DNA from: Malacoraja senta
Lineage: Eukaryota
Length of the DNA: 64,000 nt
NCBI GenBank assembly: GCA_038087875.1
Contig: CM075987.1
Location: 16,370,001-16,434,000, forward strand
Direction of reading: 5' to 3'
Part shown: piece by piece, positions 15,817 through 29,332 of the stretch
Layout of the letters: each line of letters starts with the position of its first letter
How positions within the stretch are numbered: the stretch's first letter is position 1
Notes under the pieces: generated by a model
The model's input: the letters and a program-made list of their open reading frames with translations, nothing else
Told to the model about the DNA's origin: nothing
Databases searched by the model: none
Made by a program: the position numbers and the translations under genes

Positions 15817-16020
15817 CTTGTGGGTCCACCTCCTTGGCTATCTTCAGGGCATCGGAGTTGGCCAGATCTGTGTTGGCAGGCGACACTGCCAGGACCAGGC
15901 AGTTTTCCTTGGTGACGAACTGCATGAGCATTTCACGGATCTGGAACTCAATGTCCACGGGCTGGTCGCCCACAGCGATCTTGGTCATCCCAGGGAGGTC
16001 GATCAAGGTCAGGTTCAGCA
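15817..16020 (-). CDS. DNM1: Dynamin-1-like exon 4 ([14 protein letters not shown]...EVDPQ); G3 DLPG
   Basis: Acceptor cttcag| and donor |gtatgc; 204 nt. [18 protein letters not shown] is closest to DNM1 among DNM1/2/3 as I recall them. Confidence 0.95.
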
Positions 16021-16675
16021 CTGAAGAGAGAGCAGAAAAAGTATGAAAGTGGCGACCTTTACTGAGGATGCTTCCAGTGGTCTGGGAGTGTAGGACCAGA
16101 GGGTGCAGCCTCAGAATAAAAGGACGCGCTTTCAGAATGGAGCTGAGGAGAAATGCCTTTAGCCAGAGGGCAGTAAATCTGTGGAATTCACTACCACAGC
16201 TGGCAGTGAAGACCAAGTCATTCAGTAAAGCGGTGTTTATTGCTTCTTGGTTAGTAAGTGTCAAAGGTACAGAAAATTCCTCCTCATCTCCATTCTAGAG
16301 GTACGTCCCTCTACTGGTACGAGCCTCAGGTCTCGTACCAGTAGGATGAGGAACAGCTTCTACAATTATACCGTCGCATTGCTGAACTCGGAGTCCCGCC
16401 GATAGATTCCTCCGGTCCCTCCGTCCCCATTGTTAATTATTCTGTATTTTTGATTATTCTGTATCCTCTTTTTTTTTAAATTTCTATATTGCACTACTAC
16501 TACGGACTGACGCAAAACTGCATTTTGTTGTACCCATACTCAGTATTTGTGCAATGACATTAAAGTTGAATTGAATTGAATTGAATTGAATTATTCTGTG
16601 GCCGTGCCCTCTTCTTCACAAGCATCCCTTTGCCCACTGAGAGGGGGGCTGTCACGTTGGTGTCGGCACACTTAC

Positions 16676-16825
16676 CGTTTGGCGAGTAGACCCTCAGGTT
16701 GATGGGGATGGACGAGATCCCCCTGTTGCTGCCCGTCACCCGGTCTGTCTCTTGCTCGATCTCCTGCCGCACCTCATCGAAGTCCACGAACTTCTTCCCT
16801 TTGAGGTGCAAGAACTCTGCATACT
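16676..16825 (-). CDS. DNM1: Dynamin-1-like exon 3 ([50 protein letters not shown])
   Basis: Acceptor ctccag| and donor |gtaagt; 150 nt; lies within ORF 16560..17183. Confidence 0.95.
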
Positions 16826-17189
16826 CTGGAGATGGGAGCAAATACAAAGAGTGATACAGGTTGATAGACACACAACGTGTCCATCTGAAGTGTCCGTCTG
16901 AACAAGGGGTCCGACCAGAAACGTCATCCATCCATTTTCTCCAGAGATGCTGCCTGACCTGCTGAGTGACTCCAGCACTGTGACTCCGTCTGCAGTATAA
17001 ACCAGCAGTTCCTTCCTGCACCGCGATACAGGTTGAGCAGATTGAGGCTGGATCAGGGTTGATTCTTTTGGCAGAAACATCTCCCACTGATTTTATCACC
17101 ATTTTCTCCCCAGATGTATTTTGCATTCTCTGTCCATGGCTAACCCAACATTTACTGCTCTTCCCCATCACACACAGCTGCATGCCTTT

Positions 17190-17760
17190 GATACAACTTC
17201 ATAAGACTTTGGTTCGGCTGCATTTGGAGTGTTGTGTGCAGTTTGCTTGCCCCGTTACAGGAAGGAGGTGGAAGCTTTAGAGAAGGTGCAGAAGAGCTTT
17301 AGCAGAATTTACCGGGATGCCCTCTGGATTAGGGTGTAATAGTTACAAGGAGAGTTTGGACAAACGTGGGTCGTTTACTCTGGAATGCCAGAGGTTGAGG
17401 GGGAGACCTGATAGAAGTATAGACAATTAGGAGAGGCATAGACAGGATACACAGTCTGAACCTTTTTCCAAAAGGTGGAAATGTCAAAGACAAGACGGCC
17501 TAGCTGCAGGGTGAGAGGGGAAACGTTTAAAGGAGAGTTGCGAGGCAAGTTATTTTTTGCAAGAGGCGGTGGATGCTTGGAAAGCACTGGCAGGGGAGGC
17601 AGATACGGTGGCGACATTAAAGAGGCTTGTAGACAGACACATGATATGGAGGGAGTGGAGGGATATGGATCATGTACAGGGAGATAGTTTATCTTGGCAT
17701 CATGCACAACACAGACAATGTGGTTCGAAGGGCCTTTTGGATTGCTGTACTGTTCTATGT
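17190..17760 (+). mobile_element. Degenerate CR1 3' fragment
   Basis: KTLVRLHLECCVQF remnant and a CR1 3' tail. Confidence 0.8.
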
Positions 17761-18579
17761 TTGTTGGTCCATTCATGGTGCATCTGAGCTGTGGGCTGGA
17801 GCCTCAGGCAAGCCAGGCTGGATAAGGGCATTGGTGAAGCAAATTGGTTATTATGCCACTTCATCAGGTTTGCGGTCAACATCAGTCCCGGGTTTGATCC
17901 TGACCTCGGCTGCTGTCTATGTGGTGCTTTCACGTTCTCCCCAATGGGTTTCCTGCTCCTCACTGCTTAAACCTATGCCATCTAATCTTTGACATTTATA
18001 TTCTGGGGGAAAAAGGTTCTGAATGCTGGGCCTCTCAATACTCCTCAAATTCTTTCGTAGACACTGGATCCATACCTGAATCTCCCTCCGCCACCAACAT
18101 CCTCCAGCACCGGAACTGCTGCCGTTCAAGACAGCGTTACCATCCCCGAGGGCAACAAATGCTGACCTTGCCAGAAACATCGGCAATCCAGAAAATAATT
18201 GATCAAACAATTGGAAACAAACTGCACATAAAGGGCCTCCGATTTCCCCACAGCTTTAATACCTGGAACCCTATCCTGGAATGATGCCTTGGCTTCTCTC
18301 AACAACTGACTCACAGATCAGGCACTGGTGAGCGATGAATTTTCCACCTCTCTGCTTGCCAGACTGTGGTTGGGTTTTTTTCCAGGGCATTAGGAGAAAT
18401 GGAAGGAACATAATGAGCTGGAGAATTCCCAAGTGGAAAATCCCAACCCACACAATTGCCAGGAATTCAACGCTTGGGTTCCTAGAAAACCAATGGAGAG
18501 ATGAGCAAGTCTATCCTGTGGCAGCCAGTGAGAGGCTGGTGTCCTTCATGGTCTCAAGGTGATGCTTCATTCAGGAACA

Positions 18580-19440
18580 TACCACTATACCACTATCATA
18601 TCTGCCTCCACCACCACCCCTTGCAGTGCGTTCCAGGCACCCAACATTTTCTGCATGAAAAAACTTAAGGGCCTGTCCCACTGTACGAGGTAATTCAAGA
18701 GTTCTCCCGAGTTCTCCCCTGAATCGAGCTCGTGTAATGTACGTAGCGGGTACGTAGGAGCTCGTGGATGTCACGTAGCGGCTCGTACGAGTAACGGTAG
18801 GTACTCGGGAAATCCGGTAAACTCGTGACGTTTTTTCAACACCGTGAAAAATGTCCACGAGTAAAAAAATACTCGTGATGAATTTTTTAAAAACATTTTA
18901 CTCGTACGAGCCCCTATGTACCCGCTATGTACATTACATGAGCTCGAATCAGGGGAGAACTCGGGATAACTCTTGAATTACCTCGTACAGTGAGACAGGC
19001 CCTTCACTCCACACATTTCCATTAAAATTTGCTCCTCTCACCTTAAACCTATGCCGTCTAGTCTTTGACATTTCCACCCAGGGAAAAAAGGTTCTGAATG
19101 CAATGTCTGTCTTTACCCCTCATCATTTTATTTACTTCCATCTATATCAGCCTCTGACGTCCAGAGAAATCAATCCAGGTTTTGTCCAAACTCTCCTTTT
19201 AGCTAATACCTTCCAAACCAGGCAACATTCTGGCAAACCTTCTTCTGCACCCTCTCCAAAGTTTCCACATCCTTCCCATCATGGGGCGACCAGAACTGCA
19301 TGCAATACTCCAAAACGGGGTCTGATCAAAATCCTACAGAGCTGCATCATGACTGCCTGACTCTTATCCTCAATGCCCTGACTGACAGAAGCAAGCATAC
19401 CACAGGCCTCCTTTCCCACTCTACCTACTTTCGTTGCTAC
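18580..19440 (-). mobile_element. Degenerate CR1 fragment interrupted by a MITE
   Basis: Reverse complement of the CR1 3' region is present on both sides of 18669-19003. Confidence 0.75.
18669..19003. mobile_element. PIF/Harbinger-type MITE, long foldback
   Basis: About 90-bp imperfect inverted arms starting AGGGCCTGTCCCACTGTACGAG; flanked by TTA and TCA. Confidence 0.8.
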
Positions 19441-21149
19441 CTCCAGATATTAGAAGAAATGGATGGAAAATGCAAGTTGGAGATCCCTAGCAGAAAATCC
19501 CACCCTTCATAGCCCCAGGAATTCAGAGCTTGTCTTCCAAGAAAAACAATGGAGAAATGAGCCCTCTTACGAGAGAGTCATTGTGGAAGTTGTACTTAAT
19601 TTTGGATTACACTAAGTTTTGTTTACACAAAGGTCAAAAGGAAATTTATGTAAAGTGTAAGCATAGTGCATTTATTTATAGAGCACCAAGTCACCCTGAA
19701 ACATCCTGATCAGATTAGGCTCTCTGGAACGGTCAAAGTGTCTTAATGTGCGGTTGCAAAAACAAACCAATCTTTGGCCCCTTATTTCCACGAGGCTCTT
19801 GTTCTTTGCCGAAGTGTCCCCCGACACACTTCTGGCTGACCATGAGAGACACGCAGTGCTGGAAGAAAGAGCAGACCGTCTAATCAAACTTCCATTGTGT
19901 CTACTCTGGCACTTTCCTAGAAAAATCTCTAACTAACGCCATTGTCTGGTTCTCTCACAGCTCGAGGCCCAGGCAACATTCTGGTGAAATAACTCACTCT
20001 GGCTTTTACTCCAGTTGGCATCAGACCAATATTTTGCACAAATGTAATCTCTCTTTACTCATACATTCTATGTCCCCATTTATAAAGGTTCAAAAACTGT
20101 TGAATTTCTTTCAATTTTTTTCTCTTGCCTCGTGAGGATTTTGTATTTGAACATCTATCCGGCTTCATTCCAAGTTTTGTTCACACTCTTTTTCATCATA
20201 TTGAATCTTGACTTTGACAGACAGCACGGAAACTGGCCCTTCTGCCCAGCAAGTCCATGCTGACCAGCGATCACTAGTTCACACCAGTTTTGTGCGATCC
20301 TACTTTCTCATCCACTTACACAGATGGGGCAATTTATGGAGGCCAATTAACCTACAAGCCCACACATCTTTGCCATATCGATGGGGAGAAGGCAGATTGG
20401 GGATGATCAGCCATGATTACATTGAATGGCGGTGCTGGCTCAAAGGGCAGAATGGCCTACTCCTGCACCTATTGTCTATTGAAACTGGAGGACCTGGAGG
20501 AAATCCACGTGGTCGCAGAGAGAACGTGCAAACTCCACACAGAGAGCATCGGCGTCACGATCGAACATGGATCTCTGGCTCTGTGAGCCAGCAGCTCTAT
20601 CAGCTGCACCAATATGACGCCCCACTGCTTCCTCCTAGGTTGCATTTATTGCCTGGACCTACTTTTTGGGATAATACTTCGTTCAGCAATCTTAAGCTAG
20701 GTTTAGAGTTATTGTCACTTGTTCCAAGATATAATCTTGCATGCCATCCAATCAAATCAGATAATACTGTACATAAATACAATCAAACCAAACACAGGTC
20801 CAACTTCTGCAGCAAAGAGCAGAATAGTGTTTCTCAGTCTAGCAGTGTTACAGAGAACAAATCCAATGACTGCATTGAGGCAGGTTGGTGACTACACCAT
20901 AACTTATGAGAGAGGACTGTTCAGAAATCTAATAGAGGGGAGGAAGGCGTTCCAGAGTCTGGTGGTGCACACTTTCAAACTTTTGTATCTTCTGATCAAC
21001 AATTTGGACAAGTTCAATCAGACGAGTTTAAATCCAAATAATTAACTAAATCTGGTAGCTGTACTATTTACATATTCTGTTGTGCTGCAGCAAGTAAGAA
21101 TGTCATTGTTCTATCTGGGACATATGACAATAAAACACTCTTGAATTAT

Positions 21150-22205
21150 TTGACAAGGTTCCGCATGGTAGGTCACTCTGGAAGGTTTGATTGCAAGGGG
21201 TCCAGGGAGAGCCAGCTAACTGGATAGAGAACTGGCTTCATGGATGCAAGGCCTGTGCCGAGTGTTGTGCCTCAGGGATCGGTGCTGGGCCCATTGCTGT
21301 TTATGCTTTATAACCAATCATTTGGACTACAAGGCATGATTACGATTGCAGATAACACTAAAACAGGTGGTCTCCCAGACAGTTACCAAAAATCACAGCA
21401 GGATCTTGATCAGCAGAGCAAGTGGGCTGAGAAATGGTCGATGGAGTTTAATGGAGATGTGCGAGGAATTGCATTTTGGGAGGTTGAACCCAGGCAGGAC
21501 CTTCACAGTGAATGGCAGGGCCCTGGGGAGTGTGGTAGAACAGAGGGATCTTGGGGCGCAAGTATATAGTTTCTTGAAAGCGGTGTCACTGTTAGATAGG
21601 GTGATCAAGGTGGGTGTGGGTACATTTGGCCTGCAGCAGTCAGGGTATCGAGTAGAGAAGTTTAAATGTTGTGTTACATTACAGTTGTACACGATGTTGG
21701 CGAGGCCATATTTGGAGTTTTGTGTTCAGGTCACCCTGCTAGAGGATGTCATTAAGCTGGAAAGAGTGCAGTGATTTGAGGATGTTGCCAGGACTGAAGG
21801 GCCTGAGCTATAGGGAGAGACTGAGCAGGCTAGGACTCGGAGCGCAGGAGGCCGAGGTGTGATTTTGAGAGGTGTATAAAATCATGAGGGTAATAGATAG
21901 CGGGACTGCACTAAGAACCCACAACCTAGGATGTAGATTTGAAGTGAGAGGAAAGATTTAATAGAAACCTAAGGAACAATATTTTCCAAACAGAGGGGTG
22001 TGGGTATATGGAATGAGCTGCCAGAGGAAGTAGTTGAAGCAGATTCTATAACAACATTTAAAAGACATTTGAACAGCTAAATGGATATTGAAGGTTTAGA
22101 AGGATAAATGCAAGCAAGTAGGACAAGTGTAGATGGGGCATATCAATCAGCATGGGTGAGTTAGCCTGAAGGGACTGTTTCCGTGCATTATAACTATGAC
22201 TAGTA
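21150..22205 (+). mobile_element. Degenerate CR1 LINE RT/3' fragment
   Basis: VPQGSVLGPLLF, ADNTK and RPYLEFCVQ remnants, plus a CR1 3'UTR. Confidence 0.85.
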
Positions 22206-22564
22206 TGATTTTGCTGAAATATTAGCCACTGCTTAAAGAGGACACCGCCAGCAGAACTGTATAATTAAGCTCGGAATTCAATGTTGCTCTGGAATTAGAT
22301 TCAGCTGCCGCTCCTGCTCCATCCTCCCCAGATGTCTTATCATTCAGAAGAAGAAAAGCGCTGCTTTCTTCAGGACTGAGTGCAGCCTTAGTGATCCACA
22401 GCAATCCCACAAAGGGAGCGACCATCTGACAGGCATCACCACCCTCCACGCACCGGTCAGAGAGCAGGAATAAAGGGCGGGAAGTGTTCAGGAGGGAGGC
22501 TTTCCAGAGGCCTACATTGAAAGGCCCTCGGGACAGCTGTGCGGGGGGGAGGGGGGAGGGGGGG

Positions 22565-22569
<5 letters not shown>

Positions 22570-22612
<43 letters not shown>

Positions 22613-22629
22613 AGGGAGAGGGAGAGGGA

Positions 22630-22668
<39 letters not shown>
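22570..22668 (+). repeat. Compound (AG)n-(GGGAGA)n-(AG)n microsatellite
   Basis: Directly visible in the sequence. Confidence 0.95.
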
Positions 22669-22671
<3 letters not shown>

Positions 22672-24366
22672 TCAGTTCTCCCCGAAACTGGGAAGCACAA
22701 AAGGGCAGTGTCTCAACCCTGGAAAAGGCCTCTGTTGTGTCTCCACAGTTAGAGTTGCTGCTGTGCTGGAAGTCGTACAGCTTTACCGTCAGAACTAAAT
22801 GGGTAAGCTTTCATTAGTAACAATTTCATACCATTAAGACATAATACCAGTGGTAATAGGAATAATGGCAGTAGTAATATTGCCATTTTAAGCCGCACAC
22901 GCCAGTCATACAAGGTATTAGCAAAGATAGGCACAAAGTGTTGGAGTAACTCAGCGGGTCAGGCAGCATCTCTGGAGAAAAAGGAATAGGAGGCGTATCG
23001 GGTCAGGACAAAGCATCTTTAACTTAGCCAACTATCCATAGTGCTTCACCCCATATCCCCTGCTCATATGCTGAGAGAATAGAGCGGCTGGGCTTGTACA
23101 CTCATTCCTTCTCTCCAGAGATGCTGCCTGTCCCACTGAGTTACTCCAGCTTTCTGTGTTTATCTGGAGGTTCATAGGGATATGGGCAAAAATAAACGTG
23201 AGTAAGTGGGACTAGCATGGATGGGGCACTGAATACACATTGAATGGCGGTGGGGTTGGCAGTGTGGGTGCTAACATCCCTTGTGACTGTGATTAGCTCA
23301 CACTGCACTGGTTTACATGCACCTTGCCCACTGCACAAGTTAGTTCACATAACACACAAGAGGTCTGCTTGAAAAAGATTTAAAAAGTCATTGAGGGAGA
23401 TAAGGAACTGCAGATTCTGAAATATTGAACAAAATACAAAGTGCTGGAGGAACTCAGAAGATCAGTCAGCACCCTGTGACTTGTCACGTGTGGCAATAAA
23501 GTATTCATTCATTCATTCATTCACCTGTCGAAGGAATGGACAGATTATATTTCAGGTTGGGATCCATGATAATACCAGTCAGTCGACAGTCTGCCCCCTG
23601 GTGATGGAAACGGGTCAGAGGAGCAAATTTCAGAGATTCTTTGAGGCAAGGATGGAACTTAGTGATAAAGTTGATGAAATCAATGAGTTCTTCATGGGTA
23701 CACAAAAATGCTGGAGAAACTCAGCGGGTGCAGCAGCATCTATGGAGCGAAAGAAATAGGCAACGTTTCGGGCCGAAACCCTTCTTCAGAGTTCTGCATG
23801 GGTGCAGGAGGCAGCCCCGATGCAGTGTTTGAGGTAGCGGAGAAAGAGTTGGGCGATGGTGCCAGTGTACATTTGGAACAAGGACCCTTCAATGTACCCA
23901 GCAGCATGCCAGGCACAGCAGAGGCCTATGGCTACACTTTAACTTGAGAACAGTGAGAAGTGTGAAAAGAGAAGTAGTTGAGGGTGAGGACAAGTTCTGC
24001 CAGGTAGGGGAGAGTGTCAGTCGAGGGGAACTAATTGGGTCTCTGTCCAAGGAACTACTGGAGGCCCGAGACTTTACTGGTTGGATTGGAGGTTGCAATG
24101 GGATCAGACATCCATAGACGTCTGAAGAAGGTTCCCGACCAAAGAGGTCGCCTGTCCCTTCCCTGCACAGATGCTGCCTGACCCGCTGGATTCCTTCAGC
24201 ATTGTGTTTTGCACAAGATCACAGAGGTTCTGTGCAGTGTGGCACAAGTGCTTTGTGCAGGTTGAACACATTCCAATGTAATCCTCTTTAGATGTTCGTA
24301 ATCACAACAGGCAGAGGCAGAAGATTGCAGAACAGATGAACAGAAATAAAACTGTTATTATAGAAG

Positions 24367-24669
24367 GGGCGGCACGGTGGCACAGCGGTAGAGTTGTTGC
24401 CGTACGGCACCAGAGACCCGGATTTAATCCTGTCTGCAGGTGCTGCCTGTACGGAGTTTGTACGTTCTCCTGGTGACCTGCGTGGGTTTTCCCCAGTTTC
24501 CTCCCACACTTCAAAGATATACAGGTCTGTACGTTAATTGGCTTGGTATAATTGTAAATTGTCCCTAGTGTGTAGGATAGCGTTTGTGTGCGGGGATCGC
24601 TGGTCGGCGCGGACTCGGCAGGCCGAAGGGCCCGTTTCTGCGCTGCATCTCCAAGCGAAATGAAACTAA
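24367..24669 (+). mobile_element. HE1-like V-SINE
   Basis: Same consensus as 33014-33318. Confidence 0.85.
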
Positions 24670-26429
24670 CTTGGCTGGGATTAGCCAGGCCTAAACCGCT
24701 GGGTCGGGTTACTGCACAGTTTACTTGGGACCACGCATCACAAGGTAAAGGCTCCACATCTGTTTCGGTTTAAAATAGCTGGCACACCCAACATTTTCCT
24801 TTACCTCCCCTCTCCCAGTCCTCAAGCATCACGCTAACTTGAAACCAAACTGCCTCGAAACTCCAGAATTCTCTTCCTAACATCTCAAGTTTCCCCTCTC
24901 TACTTTTTAAACCTCCTTTAGATAGTCCCTTCAAAGTTGCCCCCCTCCCTCCCTCCCTCCCCCATTTTCTTCTTGGTAAATATTTACTTGTCGGCCTTTC
25001 TGCGAAATGTGCTGGGATTTTTGTTTCCACGCTAAAGTGATTCAACGTTAGATTATTGGCACATCTACCAAGGTACAGTGGAATTCCTTTGCATACAATT
25101 CAGTAATATACACAAGCACAATCATACTCAAGTATAGAGTAGAAGAACAGTCGATTACACTGCACCAGCGCAAGTTACCATTGCTTAAACATTGCATACC
25201 ACCTCGCTTTCTACTGAAAGATCATTGAAGTGAATATCATTATGATTTCCCTCCCCTCAAGCTAATATGTCATGTTCTTATCCCACATGTTATTTTTCAC
25301 AGTGGTTTGAAATAACAGTTCTAGAAACAGACCCACGCCATCGCCCAATTTAAACTTGGAAACACTTCAGGCTGAATAATCACAGAAAAATGGACAGAAG
25401 ACGTTTCAGGTGGTGACCTTTCTTCAAGCTACATGCGTATGGCTTGATTACGTAGCATGATCTGATTTAATCGGATAGAATGCAAACAAAGGTTTTTCAC
25501 TGCACCTCAGTACATGTAACAATAATAAAGCAATAATGAGTTGCGAGCCAGAACCCCCGGGTTCGATCCCCATCGCGAATGCTGTCTGTCTGGAGTTTGC
25601 AAGCTCTCCCTGTAGCTGCGTGGGTTTCCTTCCATGTCCCAAAGAGGTGAAGGTTTGTAGGGAGGGAGTAATGTTGAGGGCGTAGATGAGAAAGTGGGAT
25701 AACGTAGAACTGGTGCGAATGGCTCGATAGTCAGCATGGACTCGATGGGCCGAAGGGTCCGTTTCCATGGCAACATGGGGTGCAGAAGCAGTCAATGGTG
25801 GGGAATCTCGTCTGTGTGATGGCCTGGGCCACATCTACTGTATAACTCTGCAATGCAGGACTAGACCTCGTCATGAGAGGACCTCACTACTTGTGACATT
25901 TTGTGTCTCGACATCTTATTTTGCAAGCAGTCTTTTAGCATCATTACCACTTGAACTGTGATGAGGAGACCCAGTGGGAGACAGACCAGCAAAGTTAATG
26001 AGCCGCACATTGACATGGGTGGCACTGTGGTGCCGATGGTGGAGATGTTGTCTCAGAGACTAGGGTTTAATTCTGACCTTGGGTGCTGTCTGTGTGGAGT
26101 TTACATGTTCTCCCAAGTGGGTTTAGGTTTATTATTGCCACGGGTACGGAGGTACAGTGAAAAGCTTTTTGTTTGGCATGCTTCCCAAATAGACAATATT
26201 ATACATAAATAGAATCAAATCAAACACAGTACAATAGGTAGAACAAAGGGAAAGAGACAGAGTGAAGAATATGGTCCTCAGCATTGTAGTCTATCGGTTC
26301 CATTGACCAAGTCCAACAGGGCAGAGGTGACCCGGACAGTGCCCGAGCTTATGGAAAGAACCTTCAGTAGCCTGATAACAGAGGGGAAGCAGCTATTCCA
26401 AAGTCTGCTGGTGCGCGCTTTTTGCCCGA

Positions 26430-28720
26430 CAGGGGCCAGGACCGTTTAGTGTTGTGTAATGAACCGGATTTGATAAGGGAACTCAAGGTAAAGGAGCCAT
26501 TAGGAGGTAGTGACCATAATATGATAAGTTTTAATCTACAATTTGAGAGGGAGAAGGGAAAATCGGAAGTGGCAGTATTACAGTTGAGCAAAGGGGACTA
26601 TGGAGGCATGAGAGAGGAGCTGGCCAAAGTTGACTGGAAAGAGACCCTAGCTGGGATGACAGTGGAACAACAATGGCAGGTATTTCTTGGAATAATACAG
26701 AAGGCGCAGGATCACTTCTTTCCAATGAGGTAGAAAGATTCTAAGGGGAGTAACAGGAGACCGAGGCTGACAAGGGAAGTCTAGGACAGTTTAAAAATAA
26801 AAGAGAAGAAGTATAACATAGCAAAGATGAGCAGGAAGCCAGAGGATTGGGAAATGTTTAAAGAGCAACAGAAGAAAACTAAAAAGGCAATACGGGAAGA
26901 AACGATGAGGTACGAAGGTAAGCTAGCCAAGAATATAAAGGAAAATAGTAAAAGCTTCTTCAGGTATGTGAAGACAGAAACAGGTGAATTTATTATGGGG
27001 AACAAGGAAATGGCAGAAGAGTTGAACGGGTACTTTGGATCCGTCTTCACTAAGGAAGCCACAAACAATCTCCCAGATGTACTAGTGGCCAGAGGACCTA
27101 GGGTGACGGAGGAACTGAAGGAAATTCACATTTTGGCAGGAAATGGTGTTGGGTAGACTGATGGGACTGAAGGCTGGTAAAACCCCGTGGCCTGATGGTC
27201 TGCATCCCAGAGTACTTAAGGAAGTGGCTCTAGAAATCATGGATGCATTGGTGATCATTTTCCAATGTTCTGTAGATTCAGGATCAGTTTCTGTGGATTG
27301 GAGGATAGCTAATGTTATCCCACTTTTTAAGAAAGGAGGGAGAGAGAAAGCAGGGAATTATAGACCAGTTAGCCTGACATCGGTGGTGGGGAAGATGCTG
27401 GAGTCAAATATAAATGATAAAATAGCAGCACATTTGGATAGCAGTAGTGGATTTATGAAGGGGAAATCATGCTTGACTAATCTTCTGGATTTTTTTGAGG
27501 ATTTAACTAGGAAAATGGACAAGGGAGACCCAGTGGATGTAGTGTACCTGGATGTTCCGAAAGCCTTTGATAAGGTCCCACATAGGAGGTTAGTGGGCAA
27601 AATTAGAGCACATGGTATTTGGGATAGGGTACTGACATGGATAGAAAATTGGTTGGTAGACAGGAAACAAAGAGTAGGGATTAACGGGTCCCTTTCAGAA
27701 TGGCAGGCAGTGACTAGTGGGGTACCGCAGCTATTTAGGTGCTGGGACCGCAGCTATTTACAATATACATTAATGATTTAGATGAAGGAATTAAAAGTAG
27801 CATTAGCAAATTTGCACATGACACAAAGCTGGGTGGCAGTGTGAACTGTGAAGAGGATGCTATGAGGATGCAGGGTGACTTGGACAGGTTGGGTGAGTAG
27901 GCAGATGCATGGCAGATGCAGTTTAATGTGGATAAATGTGAGGTTATCCACTTTGGTGGCAGGAACAGGAAGGCAGATTATTATCTGAATGGTGTCGTTA
28001 GTAAAAGGGGAAGTACAACGAGATCTGGGTGTCCTTGTTCATCAGTCACTGAAACTAAGCATGCAGGTACAGCAGGCAATGATTAAAGCTAATGGCATGT
28101 TGGCCTTCATAACAAGAGGAGTTGAGTATAGGAGCAAAGAGATCCTTCTGCAGTTTTACAGGGCCCTAGTGAGACCACACCTGGAGTATTGTGTGCAGTT
28201 TTGGTCTCCAAATTTGAGGAAGGACATTCTTGCTATTGAGGCAGTGCAGCGTAGGTTCACAAGGTTAATTCCCAGGATGGTGGGACTATCATATGTTGAA
28301 AGAATGGAGAGACTTGGCTTGTATACACTGGAATTTAGAAGGATGAGAGGATATCTTATTGAAACATATAAGATTATTAAGGGATTGGACACGCTAGAGG
28401 CAGGAAACATGTTCCCGATGTTGGGGGAGACCAGAACCAGGGGCCACAGTTTAAGAATAAGGGATAGACCATTTAGAAAGTAGATGAGGAAAAACCTTTT
28501 CACCCGGAGAGTTGTGAATCTGTGGCATTCTCTGCCTCAGAAGGCAGTGGAGGCCAATTCTCTGTATGCTTTCAAAAGAGAGTTAGAGCTTTTAAAGATG
28601 CCGGAGTCAAGGGATATGGGGAAAAGGCAGGAACGGGGTACTGATTGTGGATGATCACCCATGATCACAGTGAATGGTGGTGCTGGCTCGAAGGGCCGAA
28701 TGGCCTGCTCCTGCACCTAT
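26430..28720 (+). mobile_element. CR1-clade LINE, 5'-truncated, with frameshifted ORF2 (reverse transcriptase)
   Basis: Motifs YRPVSLTSVVGK, GFMKGKSCLTNLL, VYLD..KAFDKVPH, SGVPQ, FAHDTKL and LVRPHLEYCVQFWSP are spread over several broken ORFs, followed by a CR1 3'UTR. Confidence 0.92.
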
Positions 28721-28722
28721 TT

Positions 28723-29332
28723 CAGTATAGGAGCAAAGAGGTCCTTCTGCAGTTGTACAGAGCCCTAGTGAGACCACACCTGGAGTATTGTGTGCAGTTT
28801 TAGTCTCCTAATTTGAGGAAGGACATTCTTGCTATTGAGGGAGTGCAGCGTAGGTTTACAAGGTTAATTCCTGGGATGGCGGGACTGTCATATGCTGAGA
28901 GAATGGAGCAGCTGGGCACGTACACTCTGGAGTTTAGAAATGATGAGAGGGGATCTTATTGAAACATAGAAGATTGTTAAGGGTTTGGACACGCTAGAGG
29001 CAGGAAACATGTTCCCGATGTTGGGGGAGTCCAGATCCAGGGGCCACAGTTTAAGAATAAGGAGTAAGCCATTTCGAACGGGGACGAGGAAACACTTTTT
29101 CTCACAGAGAGTTGTGAGTCTGTGGAATTCTCTGCCTCAGAAGGCGGTGGAGGCCGGTTCTCTGGATACTTTCAAGAGCTAGATAGGGCTCTTAAAGATA
29201 GCGGATTCAGGGGATATGGGGAAAAGGCAGGAACGGGGTACTGATTGGGGATGATCAGCCATGATCACATTGAATGGCGGTGCTGGCTCGAAGGGCCGAA
29301 TGGCCTACTCCTGCACCTATTGTCTATTGTCT
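28723..29332 (+). mobile_element. Second CR1 3' fragment, directly tandem to the first
   Basis: Repeats the ORF2 C-terminus and 3'UTR of 28125-28720 with substitutions, and ends in a (CTATTGT) tail. Confidence 0.88.
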
